From Leucoraja ocellata (taxonomy: Eukaryota), in contig JAWMAR010000594.1 of the NCBI GenBank assembly GCA_036785375.1, positions 186,001 through 250,000 of the forward strand: 64,000 bases of DNA. Reading direction: 5' to 3'. Below are positions 63,364 through 64,000 of the stretch, in pieces. The notes beneath the pieces were generated by a model. It made no database searches and was not told the origin of the DNA. It was given only the letters and a program-made list of their open reading frames with translations. Numbering within the stretch: position 1 is the first letter of the stretch; every line of letters starts with the position of its first letter. The position numbers and the translations under genes are program-made.

Positions 63364-63884
63364 CTGGGGAGAGAGAAAAACATTGTTATTAGTTTCAACA
63401 CAGAAGGCCACAAACTCCAGAAAAAATCCAGAAATAGATTGCATGAATAGACAGTGAGCCTCCCCAGTAGATTTCAAAACAAATACTTAAAACCTTAGAA
63501 AGAAAAATCATTGTTAAGCTAAACCCAGAGACACTGAAAATCTGAGATCTCAGCAGGTCAGGCTGCACATTAGGAGAGAAACAAAGTTAATGCTTCAAAT
63601 CGATGGCCTTTCATCAGAACCAGAAAATATAAAGGGCATTAAAATAAGATGCAAAGTCAAGGGAGGAGGGTGCGGTTGAGGCGAGAATAAAAGTTTTTTT
63701 GTCAAAGAGTGAAAATCACTTCATTATGGTCGATGTTAGAGCTACTGGGTCATTGGGACAGGCCACTTAATTTTCTTAGGGACTGCAATGATGGAGGTTT
63801 CCTTGGAACCCTGCAGCTGTCACACTACTCACAACTACTACCCCCCCCCCCCCCCCCCCCCCCCGGACACTCCTCCCACCAGGA

Positions 63885-64000
63885 AAACACTATGACTGTA
63901 TGCATGTAAATAGATGTATTTATTGCTCATATTCTATGTCGCTCTTCCAGGGAGATGCTAACTGCATTTTGTTGTCTCTGTACTGTACACTGACAATGAC
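63885..64000 (+). mobile_element. Rex1-like LINE 3' tail (truncated by the window edge)
   Basis: ...actgcattttgttgtctctgtactgtacactgacaatgac, similar in style to the tails at 37500-37650 and 51805-51929. Confidence 0.45.

Overview
Vertebrate genomic DNA, almost certainly a cartilaginous fish (probably skate/ray, judged from HE1-SINE/HER1-CR1-like repeats). The whole window lies inside one minus-strand gene, axonemal dynein heavy chain DNAH1. I traced 25 consecutive exons with GT/AG boundaries and consistent phases, from the tail region (63.4 kb) through the linker to AAA1 (Walker A GPAGTGKT, Walker B CFDEFNR); the gene continues past both edges. Introns are crowded with mobile DNA: many CR1 LINE fragments, HE1-like SINEs, Rex1 fragments, Neptune-like Penelope elements whose 3' ends carry minimal hammerhead-ribozyme motifs (about a dozen copies, one tandem pair), two non-autonomous Helitrons (one carrying a ~65-bp minisatellite and a long hairpin), several hAT/Harbinger MITEs, two copies of an unclassified TIR element with 7-bp TSDs, an internally deleted Gypsy LTR element, a probable internally deleted HERO element, and a 790-N gap. 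I found no prokaryotic system or CRISPR array. The most novel-looking items are the hammerhead/Penelope short-element system, a repeat-supplied splice acceptor, and the 7-bp-TSD transposon family. Repeat boundaries without TSDs are approximate, and family calls come from recalled motifs, not database searches.
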